DNA from: an uncultured delta proteobacterium
GTDB lineage: Bacteria; Bdellovibrionota; FAC87; UBA2466
Reading direction: 5' to 3'
DNA: 64,000 nucleotides
Assembly: GCA_963778115.1 (NCBI GenBank)
Contig: CAVZSV010000004.1
Span: 2,688,001 to 2,752,000 of the forward strand
Position 1 is the stretch's first letter; each line of letters starts with the position of its first letter. Under the pieces are notes generated by a model. That model was not told where the DNA came from, made no database searches, and saw nothing but the letters and a program-made list of their open reading frames with translations. Both the position numbers and the translations under genes were made by a program. Shown here piece after piece: positions 37,841 to 47,745 of this stretch.

Positions 37841-37864
37841 TGAACCTCTTAGCGAGGTAACCCC

Positions 37865-39985
37865 ATGCTTGTGGCTCGACTCTTTTTGTCCTTACTCATT
37901 GTCTCATTACTTACGAACGCTTTAGCCGATGAAGTTCCCTACAAACCGTCTTTGAAAGATAAGTATGAATGGCTCGTTCCCCTTAAGGACAAAAAGGCTT
38001 TGGAATGGGTAAATGAGCAAAACAAGAAAGTAGAAAAGACGTTTTTTAGCGATCCCAGCTTTCCCATCTTTAAGAAAGAGGTTTTCGAAGTGGTGAGCTC
38101 CGGGGACGAGATCAATCCTGGCGCTCTTCGAGGGGATGGTTTTCTTTATAATATCGATAAGAGCAAAGATCGAAAGTTCGGCCTTTGGAGAAGAATTCGT
38201 TTCGATTCTCTGGTGGCCAACGACAAATCCAAGTGGGAACCCCTGCTGGATCTGGACAAGCTTTCCAAAGAAGAGGGACAGGTTTGGACCTTTAAGCGTG
38301 CGGTTTGCCTTGAGCCCAAGTACACGCGCTGTCTATTGCTATTATCTCTAGCGGGAGCGGATGTGGCAGAGCTTCGGGAATTTGATTTAACCCAGAACAA
38401 GTTTGTCCCCGATGGATTTCATTATAAGGCCGCGAATACTCAAGTCCTGTGGTTCGACGTGGATCATATCCTTATTGCCTCTGATTTTGGCGAGGGTACT
38501 GTCACGAATGGGGGCTGGCCCTTGCAGGCAAAGTTATGGAAGCGTGGCGACTCGATTGATAAGGCAAAATTAGTCTATGACTCGAAAGTAAAGGGCACTA
38601 CCGGTTTCGGGTTTCCCGACTTTGGAGAGTCAATGGCTGATGCGCCGTTCGCGGGCGAGTGGGTGTCTTTTCGCGATGTCGTCTACTATCTTTTTAAGAA
38701 CGGATCCTATTCCCTTAAACTAGATCTGCCTCTGGATTGTGAAATCCGTAATGTTAAAGACGGAGTTGCCTTTCTCACTTTGCTGAGCGACTGGGAAACC
38801 CGCGGAAAGAAGTTTGCGAGGGGAAGCATCTTAACGTTAAATCTCAGAGAGGTTCTTGCTAACAAAAATCCTCTTCCGGAGCTTTTCTATCTTCCTAAGC
38901 CAAAGGAAGTGATTCTCACTGTCGACGTCACCAAAAAATATATTTGGGTGGAAACGCTAACGGACGTAGTCGCCCGGTGGCTTCGCTTTGAAAAAAAAGG
39001 AAAAGTCTGGAAGTCTCAGTTGGTGAAACTACCCGACGGGGGAACTATCGAGCCAATAGGGATCGCTCGAAACTCCGACCAACTTATTTTAGGTTACGAG
39101 AGTTTCCTGGTTCCCGATACCTATTACGCAATTCAACACGGCGAATTGACTGCGAAGCGCTTTCATTCCGTTAAAGAGGATTTCAGCGCAAAGGAAATGG
39201 TGGTGGAACGGCAGTGGACGAAGAGTCAAGATGGAACGGAAGTTCCGTATTTTCTCATCCATAAAAAAAATATGAAGTGGGATGGGAGCACTCCGACTCT
39301 GCTATGGGGATATGGGGCCGGAAATATCAGCTACTCGCCTTTTTATCTGGGGGCGGTAGGAAAGGCCTGGATCCAACGGGGAGGGGCTTACGCTACCGCC
39401 ATACTTCGCGGAGGGGGTGAATTAGGCCCAGATTGGCGAAAAGGTGGTTACCAAGAAAATAAGCCCAATACATTCGCCGATTTCATTGCCGTAGCCGAAG
39501 ATCTCGAGCGAAGGAAAGTGACCAGCCCGAAGCATCTGGGAATTTACGGAGGCAGCTGGGGAGGGTTACTCGTTAGTGCTGCCTTTATAAAAAGGCCCGA
39601 ACTCTTTGGAGCGGTAATGCCCGAAGTCCCAATGGAGGATATGCTCAATTACACGCTTTTTCGAAGTGGTTGGGCCGGAGAATTTGGAGACCCGGAAAAC
39701 CCTAAGTACACCGGAGTGCTTCGTAGTTATTCGCCCTATCACAATGTAACAGAGGGAGTGAAATACCCGCCCGTGTTTATTACTAGCGCTCTCAATGATG
39801 ATCGCATGCATCCCGCACATCCGCGTCGCATGGTAGCCAAGATGTTAGATCAGGGCCATACGGTTTATTATTGGGAAGCGCAAAACGGAGGACATAATGG
39901 CGCCGCTGATAATGAAGACTTGGCGGTGATGCGAGCCCTTAGGTATGTTTTCTTTTCCCGGACTCTGGGGCTACCCGTTCCTTAA
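37865..39985 (+). CDS. Secreted prolyl oligopeptidase family (S9A) peptidase
   Basis: RGGGE.G..W; GGSWGG nucleophile motif; DDR; GGH. Confidence 0.9.
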   Translation: MLVARLFLSLLIVSLLTNALADEVPYKPSLKDKYEWLVPLKDKKALEWVNEQNKKVEKTFFSDPSFPIFKKEVFEVVSSGDEINPGALRGDGFLYNIDKSKDRKFGLWRRIRFDSLVANDKSKWEPLLDLDKLSKEEGQVWTFKRAVCLEPKYTRCLLLLSLAGADVAELREFDLTQNKFVPDGFHYKAANTQVLWFDVDHILIASDFGEGTVTNGGWPLQAKLWKRGDSIDKAKLVYDSKVKGTTGFGFPDFGESMADAPFAGEWVSFRDVVYYLFKNGSYSLKLDLPLDCEIRNVKDGVAFLTLLSDWETRGKKFARGSILTLNLREVLANKNPLPELFYLPKPKEVILTVDVTKKYIWVETLTDVVARWLRFEKKGKVWKSQLVKLPDGGTIEPIGIARNSDQLILGYESFLVPDTYYAIQHGELTAKRFHSVKEDFSAKEMVVERQWTKSQDGTEVPYFLIHKKNMKWDGSTPTLLWGYGAGNISYSPFYLGAVGKAWIQRGGAYATAILRGGGELGPDWRKGGYQENKPNTFADFIAVAEDLERRKVTSPKHLGIYGGSWGGLLVSAAFIKRPELFGAVMPEVPMEDMLNYTLFRSGWAGEFGDPENPKYTGVLRSYSPYHNVTEGVKYPPVFITSALNDDRMHPAHPRRMVAKMLDQGHTVYYWEAQNGGHNGAADNEDLAVMRALRYVFFSRTLGLPVP

Positions 39986-40523
39986 GCAAGCTTTCTCGAA
40001 CCTGAGGCCATTGACTGACTTTTAGATCATAACGAACAGATCCCCCTGGAGTGAAGCCGCTAACAGGAACGATGTGGTGCTTGAGAAAGAAACCTTTCAT
40101 GCGGTTATTGTGAACGCTGGTCGTAAAGTAAACCTTGGTGAACTTCAAAACTTGGAATCCATGTTCCAGACAGAGCAAATGGCATTCCGTGGAGATCTTT
40201 TTCCCCCAGGTACTCTTATCTAAGATAATTCCGAACTCAGCCTGTTTTTTTGAGTAATCGATATTTTTGAAGCCGCAACTTCCCACCACTTCATTAGTGG
40301 CGTTAAGAAGAACCGCGTAGCTGAGTCCCGTTCCTTCTTGTCGATTTTTGAATATAGTTTCGTAGCGCTTTTCGACGTCTTTTTCGCTCCAGGTGTCGGT
40401 CTTAAAATAATCAACCAAAGCCTGCATGGTTATTTTGTCGTTAAGTATTTTACCTAACGCAGGGTAGTCCTTCTTTTCAGGGGGGCGAAGCGAGATTAAG
40501 CTGCCAGGTAGCCAATTTTCCAT
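39939..40523 (-). CDS. GNAT acetyltransferase (RimJ/RimL-like)
   Basis: VGSCG...AEFGIIL...WGK...N.RM. Confidence 0.8.
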   Translation of the reverse strand: MENWLPGSLISLRPPEKKDYPALGKILNDKITMQALVDYFKTDTWSEKDVEKRYETIFKNRQEGTGLSYAVLLNATNEVVGSCGFKNIDYSKKQAEFGIILDKSTWGKKISTECHLLCLEHGFQVLKFTKVYFTTSVHNNRMKGFFLKHHIVPVSGFTPGGSVRYDLKVSQWPQVRESLLKERVAPESGKRKHT

Positions 40524-40597
40524 GGCCCTCGTCTAACATAAAAAAATAAACGAAAACAGGGATTATGCTATAAATATAAAAGTTTTTAAGGGGATTC

Positions 40598-41248
40598 ATG
40601 AATAGGCCAAAATACGTCATTTTCGATTGCGACGGAGTCCTCGTCGACAGCGAGATTATCGCCAATAGAATAGAAGCTGAGGTAAAGACCGAGCTTGGGT
40701 TTCCCACGACGGTGGAAGAGCAGATAAGGACTTTTGTTGGCATGGGAATGAACCATCCCGTCATGCAACAGGAACTAAAGCGTTTGCCCAGTAATTATTG
40801 GAGCATGGTCGATGAGCGAATTCGCAAATCCTATCCCACGGAATTAAAGGCCATCGCCGGAGTTTTGGAAGTGGTTCAAAAGCTTAAGCTCCCCAAATGT
40901 GTCGCATCTAGTAGTGAGCCCGACTGGCTCGAAATAAAACTTAGACTTACCGGACTAGAACCCTATTTTTTGGGTGCTACCTTCCATGGGCAGTTAGTAA
41001 AGAGGAGTAAACCGGAACCTGACATTTTTCTCCATGCCATTGAGACCATGGGATGGACCGCCCAGGACTGTTTGGTCATCGAGGACAGTGAACTTGGAGT
41101 CAAAGCGGGGCGGGCGGCTGGGGCTTTGGTCTGCGGCTTTTTAGGTGGCGCTCATATTCAAAAGGGTCACGCCGATAAGCTCTTGAATGCGGGCGCGGAT
41201 TTTGTGGTTTCCGATATTACGAAATTACTTAGATTGGTGCATTCATAA
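40598..41248 (+). CDS. HAD-IA hydrolase (YieH-like)
   Basis: FDCDGVLVDSE, KPEPDIFL, IEDS..GV.AG. Confidence 0.92.
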   Translation: MNRPKYVIFDCDGVLVDSEIIANRIEAEVKTELGFPTTVEEQIRTFVGMGMNHPVMQQELKRLPSNYWSMVDERIRKSYPTELKAIAGVLEVVQKLKLPKCVASSSEPDWLEIKLRLTGLEPYFLGATFHGQLVKRSKPEPDIFLHAIETMGWTAQDCLVIEDSELGVKAGRAAGALVCGFLGGAHIQKGHADKLLNAGADFVVSDITKLLRLVHS

Positions 41249-41251
41249 GGA

Positions 41252-41737
41252 ATGAGTTCAATGGTTCAACTCCTGCCGATGTCCCAGAGGGACTTCGATC
41301 TTTATTTTGAGACGGCGATTGATTTTCTGGCGACTGAGCTTTCCAAAGCACGGGATTTATCTCTAGACGATGGCCGCAAAGCCGCCGAGGCCTCTTTCAA
41401 AGGACTTTTTCCTGAAGGGCAGGTCGATTCCCAAGATCAATATGTCTTTCACGTCATGGCAGAAGGAAAAAAGGTGGGTTTGGTTCACTTTGGCATCAAA
41501 AGGGATAAAAAAGATCCTTATCTCTATCTTTGGGATATCGTCATCGATTCTGAATATCGGGGAAAGGGCTATGGAAAGTCCACAATGGCAGCATTGGAAA
41601 ATGTAGGGCGAAAGCTTGGCATTAGCAAAATTCGGCTGAATGTTTTTGGGCACAATGCACCTGCAATTGCCCTCTATGAGGCGATGGGGTATCGGCCTGA
41701 GTCTTTGGCCATGATGAAAGGTCTATCCGGCGGTTGA
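41252..41737 (+). CDS. GNAT acetyltransferase
   Basis: YRGKGYG; LNVFGHN..A..LYE.MGY. Confidence 0.9.
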   Translation: MSSMVQLLPMSQRDFDLYFETAIDFLATELSKARDLSLDDGRKAAEASFKGLFPEGQVDSQDQYVFHVMAEGKKVGLVHFGIKRDKKDPYLYLWDIVIDSEYRGKGYGKSTMAALENVGRKLGISKIRLNVFGHNAPAIALYEAMGYRPESLAMMKGLSGG

Positions 41738-42043
41738 ACAAAATTTTTGCGCTTCCACACCGACGAATTTTCGACCGGGATTTTCTCCCTTAACCCACTC
41801 CTGAGGATCAAAGAGATCGAAAAGGCCTAATTTAAACAGCGTCGGAACGGCTAGCCGTAATTCCTCTTCTACGCGGCCACGCTCTCCGCGATTATAGAGC
41901 GTAATATTGTGAAGCATGGTACCTACGGTTCCGGTCTGTATTTTGGAACCATCTTTGAGCTTCACCACGGGTAAGCTCTCTCCGTCAGCGATAATCTTCT
42001 TGTTAATCTGGGATAACTCTTCGGTATTTTGAACTTGGCTCAT
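41723..42043 (-). CDS. Small hypothetical protein
   Basis: 106-aa ORF, globular-looking; QTGTVGTML.NI.LY. Confidence 0.75.
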   Translation of the reverse strand: MSQVQNTEELSQINKKIIADGESLPVVKLKDGSKIQTGTVGTMLHNITLYNRGERGRVEEELRLAVPTLFKLGLFDLFDPQEWVKGENPGRKFVGVEAQKFCSTAG

Positions 42044-42082
42044 GGCGGTCTCGTATCACAACTGCCTAGAGCGAGGGAAATG

Positions 42083-42129
42083 AAAAAACACCCAGCCTTC
42101 CCCAAAAATACTCCGGTGAAGACTGGGTG
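42083..42129 (-). terminator. Probable intrinsic terminator
   Basis: CACCCAG.CTTC/GAAG.CTGGGTG stem followed by a T run on the minus strand. Confidence 0.55.
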
Positions 42130-42140
42130 AAATTGAAGGA

Positions 42141-42599
42141 TTATTTCGAATACTTATCGAAAAGCTTCTGAATAATAGTAACCAAAGTAGCTGCCGCGGG
42201 CGACGTATTGCGTTTCACCTGGCTACAAATGTCGCCGCTTCGTAGGAAAACCTTTTGGTTGTCCGCGGTAGAACTCATGGTGAATTGCGAGGGAGCAAAG
42301 CAAAATGCTCTTACGGGATCGGTGACAACTTCGCCGGTCCTTGCCTCTTCGATGAGATTATCTATTTTATCCACTTCTTCGACACTCAATTGCCCCATTG
42401 TTCTTACGATGGGAAGCATTTTGGAAATGGGAAGGAAACTACTTCTTTGAACGGAACCATCAGCCAATACGAAAACACTTACCACGGGTAATGTGGGGGT
42501 ATTGGGTTTCTGGGTAGTTTCAAGACGAATGTCTTGAGTCTGCGCGTTTGCCGAAACGGACGAAAGAATGAGTGCTAGTGCCAAGAAAAAAGCTTTCAT
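42141..42599 (-). CDS. Secreted hypothetical protein
   Basis: RBS AGGAGAG; MKAFFLALALILSSVSANA signal peptide; two Cys. Confidence 0.8.
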   Translation of the reverse strand: MKAFFLALALILSSVSANAQTQDIRLETTQKPNTPTLPVVSVFVLADGSVQRSSFLPISKMLPIVRTMGQLSVEEVDKIDNLIEEARTGEVVTDPVRAFCFAPSQFTMSSTADNQKVFLRSGDICSQVKRNTSPAAATLVTIIQKLFDKYSK

Positions 42600-42658
42600 G
42601 AAAACTCTCCTAAATCCTCGGGGCAAAAACTGCCGCCGATTTGTTACTGGGCGCATAG

Positions 42659-42674
42659 AGCAAGGGGTATGCCG
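42659..42674 (-). promoter_or_regulatory. sigma54 promoter
   Basis: CGGCATACCCCTTGCT on the minus strand. Confidence 0.78.
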
Positions 42675-42801
42675 GAGATTTTAGGCTTGAACGGGTAAAA
42701 ATGAGTGGAACCATAACGGCTTTGAGTTATCAGATTGGCACTGCATCGCGTAACGCGTCGCGCATTTGGCGATGATGGTAGCGACGGAGTATAACGACGA
42801 G

Positions 42802-43446
42802 ATGAATCCACAACTTTTAGCGTTTACCGGAATCGCAGCGTTGCTAACGATTACTCCTGGGGCCGACATGGCATTGGTTGCGAAAGTTACTCTCTCACAG
42901 GGGAAAAAGGCGGCCTTTTATACCGCCTTGGGGGCGAGTAGTGGAGTCATGGTGCATGCGGCTGCTTCGGCATTGGGGCTCTCTCTCATTCTAGTGAGAT
43001 CCGCCTTTGCTTTTAACATCGTCAAATGGCTGGGAGCGGCTTATCTCTGTTTCCTCGGAGCGCAGGCGATAGTAACAGCGTTTCGAAGTGAAAAGCATCT
43101 AGGCGAGACCTGTGAGAGCGGGGAGAGAATGGAAAAACCGAACAACAGTCTCAATTGTTATTTTCAGGGAGTCTTTACCAACGTTCTTAACCCTAAGTGT
43201 GCTCTCTTTTATTTGGCAATGCTGCCGCAATTTATTTCTCCAAAAGGACCTGTCCTTTCGCAGTCGGTGTTGCTGGCGAGTATCCATTCGGGAATGGGGA
43301 TTCTGTGGCTCTGCTTTTTTGCTTCGGCCATTGAAAGATTTCGAAGCTTTCTGTCGCAGCGAAAAGTGCGACAAACTCTGGATTCGATTACGGGGGGCGT
43401 ATTGATCGCTCTGGGGTTTCGTCTTGCGTTGGCCAGAGCAAAATGA
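42802..43446 (+). CDS. LysE/RhtB family exporter
   Basis: ITPGADM, GAAYL, TNVLNPK..LF. Confidence 0.92.
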   Translation: MNPQLLAFTGIAALLTITPGADMALVAKVTLSQGKKAAFYTALGASSGVMVHAAASALGLSLILVRSAFAFNIVKWLGAAYLCFLGAQAIVTAFRSEKHLGETCESGERMEKPNNSLNCYFQGVFTNVLNPKCALFYLAMLPQFISPKGPVLSQSVLLASIHSGMGILWLCFFASAIERFRSFLSQRKVRQTLDSITGGVLIALGFRLALARAK

Positions 43447-43874
43447 ACCGAAAGCACCTGCTCTCAGACTCTGATTTCTTGGATGCCTTCGAAAAGGCGG
43501 AACTCACGGCAATCGATTGGACCCATGAAACCCATCTGAGGATGGCATTCTTGTATCTCAGTCGATTTCCGTTTGAAGAGGCTTTGCAGAGAATCCGAAG
43601 TGGAATTCTTTATCTCAATAGTGTCATTGGGGTTCAAAAGCGAGGCTACCACGAAACAATTACTAGAGCCTTTGCGGAATTGGTGGTAACTCGCGTGAAA
43701 CCAGGACTTCAATGGGACGAGTTTCGTGACCGCAACGGTGACCTTTTCTCTTCGGAGATTCTTCTAACGTATTACCATCGGGAAACACTAAATTCCATTC
43801 AGGCAAAAGAAAGTTATGTAGAACCGGACCTAAGAGCGTTTGCAACGCCGCCATCCTACGGCCTATCGACTTGA
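43443..43874 (+). CDS. Hypothetical protein
   Basis: WTHE.HLR.A..YL; YHETIT; EPDL; ATGA overlap with the LysE gene. Confidence 0.75.
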   Translation: MNRKHLLSDSDFLDAFEKAELTAIDWTHETHLRMAFLYLSRFPFEEALQRIRSGILYLNSVIGVQKRGYHETITRAFAELVVTRVKPGLQWDEFRDRNGDLFSSEILLTYYHRETLNSIQAKESYVEPDLRAFATPPSYGLST

Positions 43875-45157
43875 TGGTACTTAGCCCATGCGTTGTTAAG
43901 GGAGAAGACCAATTGCTTTCCAAGAATGCGCTCACTCCCCAGAGGAAAAAGGAATGGTCGATCCGCGTGAAAGAAGTCATAAAACTTATCGGATTGCCTA
44001 TCGTCCAACGTCCGAAGGGCGACAAAATTTCCGCAGAAAGTCGCCCACGGTAAACCGACACAGCCCAAAACAAAGTGTACCCAGGGAGATTGCGGATCGC
44101 GGGTGACCGTTGGGATGAGATCCCTGGTACAATCGATACGCCCGGGCCAATATTGAACACACTCGAGATTATGAAGTACGGGAAATTTAGCTTTCAATTT
44201 TCGAATGACGCGGTTAATGACACGCGGGCTCGTTACATCATTGGGAGAAAAGGTGGTTAGCATGCTTCCCCCGCCGATGAGGAGGCGATGATCTCCGGTA
44301 AGTCTAAAATAGGTGTAGACCAAATCGGAATCCCAACATTGCAGAGGACCGTCGGGAAAGAGCTCTTGAATCTGTCCGGGACTAAGCGGTTCGCTAATCG
44401 AGAGAAAGGTCTGTGCGTGGTAGATATTTTTCGCATAGTGGGTCAACGTCGGACTTAGTTTGTCAGCAGTAAAGATAATCTTATCGGCGGTCACAGAGCC
44501 CAGATGTGTTTTTAGCGTATGTTCCTTGAGGGATATGACTTCGGTAGCCTCATAAATATCGACCCCCTTCTCATCCAGAACTTCTTTGACGCCTTGAGAA
44601 TAGCGAAGCCCATTGACCCCGTAAGTGTGCGGATATCGAACAGCCCCGTAATAGCAGGTCGACCCCAATACTTTCGGCAGTTCGTCCCGGGAATAAAGCG
44701 TTTGGGTATAACCCAAGTCCGCGCGGGCCTTTGCTTCGGCTTGAGCGTCTTTGAAGCCAGATTCATCGTTACCCATAAATAGGCTGTCCTGCCTGAGCAG
44801 GTCGCAGTTGATGTTGTGGTCTTTGATCGTGCCGAGCATCAGCTCCACCCCGTGGCAGCCTGCTTCCCACATTTGCTTCGCTTGAGTGGGACCATACCTG
44901 CGAACGAGTTGGGAGAGTTCCAATTCACTGTCGGGAGTCAGGAAACCAGCGCTTTTGCCGGTCGAACTCCCACCGCAAATATTTCGATCGAGAAGAACAA
45001 TGCTCAGTCCGTGGTTCATCAAAGTAAGTGCCGCCGAGAGGCCAGCGGCACCAGCCCCCACGATGGCAACGTCTGCTTTGATGTCTTTCTCTAAAGGAGG
45101 GCGTAACGGAGTTGCCTCTTGCATTAGTGTCGTAAACCACCAGTCCTGAAGTCTCAT
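43856..45157 (-). CDS. FAD-dependent oxidoreductase (PuuB/DAO-like)
   Basis: VGAGAAG; GSSTGKSAG; YFRLT.D.RL.IGGG. Confidence 0.88.
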   Translation of the reverse strand: MRLQDWWFTTLMQEATPLRPPLEKDIKADVAIVGAGAAGLSAALTLMNHGLSIVLLDRNICGGSSTGKSAGFLTPDSELELSQLVRRYGPTQAKQMWEAGCHGVELMLGTIKDHNINCDLLRQDSLFMGNDESGFKDAQAEAKARADLGYTQTLYSRDELPKVLGSTCYYGAVRYPHTYGVNGLRYSQGVKEVLDEKGVDIYEATEVISLKEHTLKTHLGSVTADKIIFTADKLSPTLTHYAKNIYHAQTFLSISEPLSPGQIQELFPDGPLQCWDSDLVYTYFRLTGDHRLLIGGGSMLTTFSPNDVTSPRVINRVIRKLKAKFPVLHNLECVQYWPGRIDCTRDLIPTVTRDPQSPWVHFVLGCVGLPWATFCGNFVALRTLDDRQSDKFYDFFHADRPFLFPLGSERILGKQLVFSLNNAWAKYHQVDRP

Positions 45158-45297
45158 CGTCGCCTCCCCATTAATGCGTTCCCAACGCTCATCGAACTAA
45201 GGCCAAATATCTAAGATTAGCCAGTAAATTCTTTTGTATTTGTCTTTTTGCGGAAACTTCGCGATGGTGGCTCCGTTACCTTCAGAGGGAGACGTTG

Positions 45298-45783
45298 ATG
45301 AAAGCGAAAGAAATTAAGAACACGATAAACTGGGATTTCATGAAGCCGGAAGCGCTCTCGGTAGCCCCCACCACTTCGGTGCGCGAAGCTATCGAGCTAA
45401 TGGAAAAATATAAGATCCATCACCTGCTGGTGATGGATGGTAAGGACTTCAAGGGCTTGATTGAAGGTAGAGATCTCATTTTTACGACGATCGAGGGAAA
45501 GAGCGTCGCTGACGTGATGAAGACCAAAGTGCCGATGATCTACGAGTCGACCGATGTGGGAGGGGTGCTCGAAGAGATGTTTAATCACAAGATCACAGCA
45601 CTTCCTATCGTGGAAGAGGGACAGATTGTAGGAATTTTGACCGAGACTGACCTTCTAAAGCTTCTCAAGTCGATGTTGGGGAAAGACACGGGGCTTCCTA
45701 TTTTAATCAAAGAAGGGGAAGCCGCTCTGTCTAATCCATTAATACAGAATGTGTTTCGTCTGCTGAGTGACATTGGGCTTTGA
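45298..45783 (+). CDS. CBS domain protein (paralog of 17996..18499)
   Basis: N- and C-termini nearly identical to the 18-kb copy. Confidence 0.9.
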   Translation: MKAKEIKNTINWDFMKPEALSVAPTTSVREAIELMEKYKIHHLLVMDGKDFKGLIEGRDLIFTTIEGKSVADVMKTKVPMIYESTDVGGVLEEMFNHKITALPIVEEGQIVGILTETDLLKLLKSMLGKDTGLPILIKEGEAALSNPLIQNVFRLLSDIGL

Positions 45784-45921
45784 GCCGGCTCGCGTTGTCT
45801 CGAACATGTCTTATAGGCATTTAGCGTCTAGCTTCCCTACCCTTGCGATAAGCGCTGAGGCTGGACTGTTGCGAAATGTCATTTCATGGCCCGAGAAAGG
45901 GCTGTTTTCTGCTAAAGGGAT

Positions 45922-45937
45922 TGGAACACGGTTTGCA
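45922..45937 (+). promoter_or_regulatory. sigma54 promoter
   Basis: TGGAACACGGTTTGCA. Confidence 0.72.
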
Positions 45938-45974
45938 GTTGTGAGGGATCGCTTATTATTGAAAGGAGTTTTCC

Positions 45975-46208
45975 ATGGCAAGAGCAAGTAAGCAGGCCTA
46001 TACCGGCAAACAGGAACGAAAAGCGGAGCACATTGAGAAGGGGTATGAGAATAAAGGGGTTTCGGCCTCGGAAGCGGCCCGTCGAGCGTGGGCGACGGTG
46101 AATAAGGAATCGGGCGGAGGAAAAAAATCCGGATCCGGGCGCGGCAAAGTGAGTTCTCACGTGTCGTCGAGAAAAGGCGGGAAGAACAGTCATAAGAAAG
46201 CCGCTTAA
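45975..46208 (+). CDS. Small basic general-stress-type protein (often annotated 'plasmid stabilization protein')
   Basis: YT.KQ.RKAEHIE.GYE..G....A.RRAWATVNK..GGG.KSGSGRG; RBS AAGGAG. Confidence 0.85.
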   Translation: MARASKQAYTGKQERKAEHIEKGYENKGVSASEAARRAWATVNKESGGGKKSGSGRGKVSSHVSSRKGGKNSHKKAA

Positions 46209-46235
46209 CATGGAATTACGCCCCGGAGAGAACCT

Positions 46236-47138
46236 ATGCGGTTAAAGGGACTCCTTTCTTTTGTCCAATGGACTAAAGAAAGTGGGGTAGCGTGGAATAA
46301 AGACAATGCACCTCGTCTGGGTGCGGCGCTATCGTTTTACACGGTTTTTTCACTGGCTCCGTTAATGATTATAGCAACCGCGATCGCCGGCCTTGTTTTC
46401 GGAGCGGAGGCGGTAAGAGGCGAGCTTTCGACACAGCTCCAGGGATTAATCGGGACGGACGGAGCCAAAGCGGTGGAAGGCCTTATCGCCGGAGCATGGA
46501 AGCCCAAGTCGAATATCATCGCAACTTTAGTGGGTTTTATTACCTTATTAATCGGCGGTACCGCTGTATTTTCTGAATTACGATCGGTTCTCAATCAGAT
46601 CTGGAAAGTCCCTTCAAAGAAAATCACAGGGATTCGCGCGCTCTTCAAAGATAAACTCTTGTCTTTCGCGATGATGGCGGCAGTCGGTTTTCTTTTGCTA
46701 GTCTCACTCATCGCCAATACTATCCTCGCGGCAGCCACCGATTTTTTATCCGGAATTTTTCCTGTGCCCGGCCTGTTCGGGCAGATACTATATTCTTTTA
46801 CCTCATTTCTATTAATTACGGGTCTTTTTGCTTCAATATTCAAAGTACTTCCCGAAAAATCGATCCTATGGAAAGACGTCTGGGTGGGATCGGTAATCAC
46901 CTCGGCTTTGTTTTCCGTGGGGAAATTTCTAATGGGCCTATATCTGGGGCGAGCGGTGACGGTGAGTGCGTATGGAGCGTCCGCTTCCTTCGTCGTTATT
47001 ATGTTGTGGGCGTACTATTCGTCGCTAATAGTGATCTTTGGAGCAGAGTTTACGCACGTCTATTCTAGTCATAGGCAGGCTTTGCCTCCTTCTCGTCCCA
47101 TGGAGTTGAAGCGATACCGCTCTTCTCGAGAACATTAA
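46236..47138 (+). CDS. YihY/BrkB family membrane protein
   Basis: GAALSFYTVFSLAP; YGA..S....LW.YYS..I..FGAE. Confidence 0.92.
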   Translation: MRLKGLLSFVQWTKESGVAWNKDNAPRLGAALSFYTVFSLAPLMIIATAIAGLVFGAEAVRGELSTQLQGLIGTDGAKAVEGLIAGAWKPKSNIIATLVGFITLLIGGTAVFSELRSVLNQIWKVPSKKITGIRALFKDKLLSFAMMAAVGFLLLVSLIANTILAAATDFLSGIFPVPGLFGQILYSFTSFLLITGLFASIFKVLPEKSILWKDVWVGSVITSALFSVGKFLMGLYLGRAVTVSAYGASASFVVIMLWAYYSSLIVIFGAEFTHVYSSHRQALPPSRPMELKRYRSSREH

Positions 47139-47490
47139 TTCCCGTTGCCCCCTGGAAAAGACAGGCAACTTTACGTTCCACGACCAAGATCTCCTTCTGG
47201 ACAAATTGTTTTTCGATAAAAGCTTTAATCCTTAAAAAGTACGGCCTACTTTTATTTGGCTCCGATGATAAAACTCTCAGTAAAGCGATTTCGTCGCGAA
47301 ACACCACATTTCCCATCTTCCAATCTCCTTCAATCGTGTGTCGAAACTCTGTGACACCGCCGAAGCGTCTTGCGAGTAAATCCTTGATGAGGGTGAAAAA
47401 CCTTTCAGGGAAAAGAGCTCCGTCGTTATCTCTCGTGGGAACATAGAGATCAAATTCAGAACAGAGTTTCCGTATGGAAATTGAGCTCAC
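47065..47490 (-). CDS. Hypothetical protein
   Basis: RBS AGGAGG + GTG; DLYVP..NDG...RFGGVT....G.W. Confidence 0.75.
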   Translation of the reverse strand: MSSISIRKLCSEFDLYVPTRDNDGALFPERFFTLIKDLLARRFGGVTEFRHTIEGDWKMGNVVFRDEIALLRVLSSEPNKSRPYFLRIKAFIEKQFVQKEILVVERKVACLFQGATGINVLEKSGIASTPWDEKEAKPAYD

Positions 47491-47569
47491 TTGTCGCCTC
47501 CTTTCTGAGCAATCCGGAGCGGCGGAACCTGTTTTTCCGCCGATTCGTCATGCTCTTTTCATTTGCAAA

Positions 47570-47585
47570 TGCAAATCCGATGCCG
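47570..47585 (-). promoter_or_regulatory. sigma54 promoter
   Basis: CGGCATCGGATTTGCA on the minus strand. Confidence 0.7.
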
Positions 47586-47669
47586 CGGAATTTTGCTTTT
47601 GTGTGTTGGACACCTCCCCAGCTTGGTTCAAGAGCCTCTATGACCGTCTGACTCGCAGGTTCAAAAATA

Positions 47670-47685
47670 CGGTCTCAATCTTGCA
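47670..47685 (+). promoter_or_regulatory. Possible weak sigma54 promoter
   Basis: CGGTCTCAATCTTGCA, GG-N10-GC. Confidence 0.4.
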
Positions 47686-47745
47686 TTTTATTTTTTCGAG
47701 TAAAACTGAAGAGCTAGTTAAACTCTAAAGCAAGAAGGCAAAGTC

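Noticed and set aside
45975..46208. Plasmid or toxin-antitoxin origin implied by the usual annotation of this family
   Set aside because: No ParE/RelE features, no antitoxin, and no replication or mobility genes nearby.
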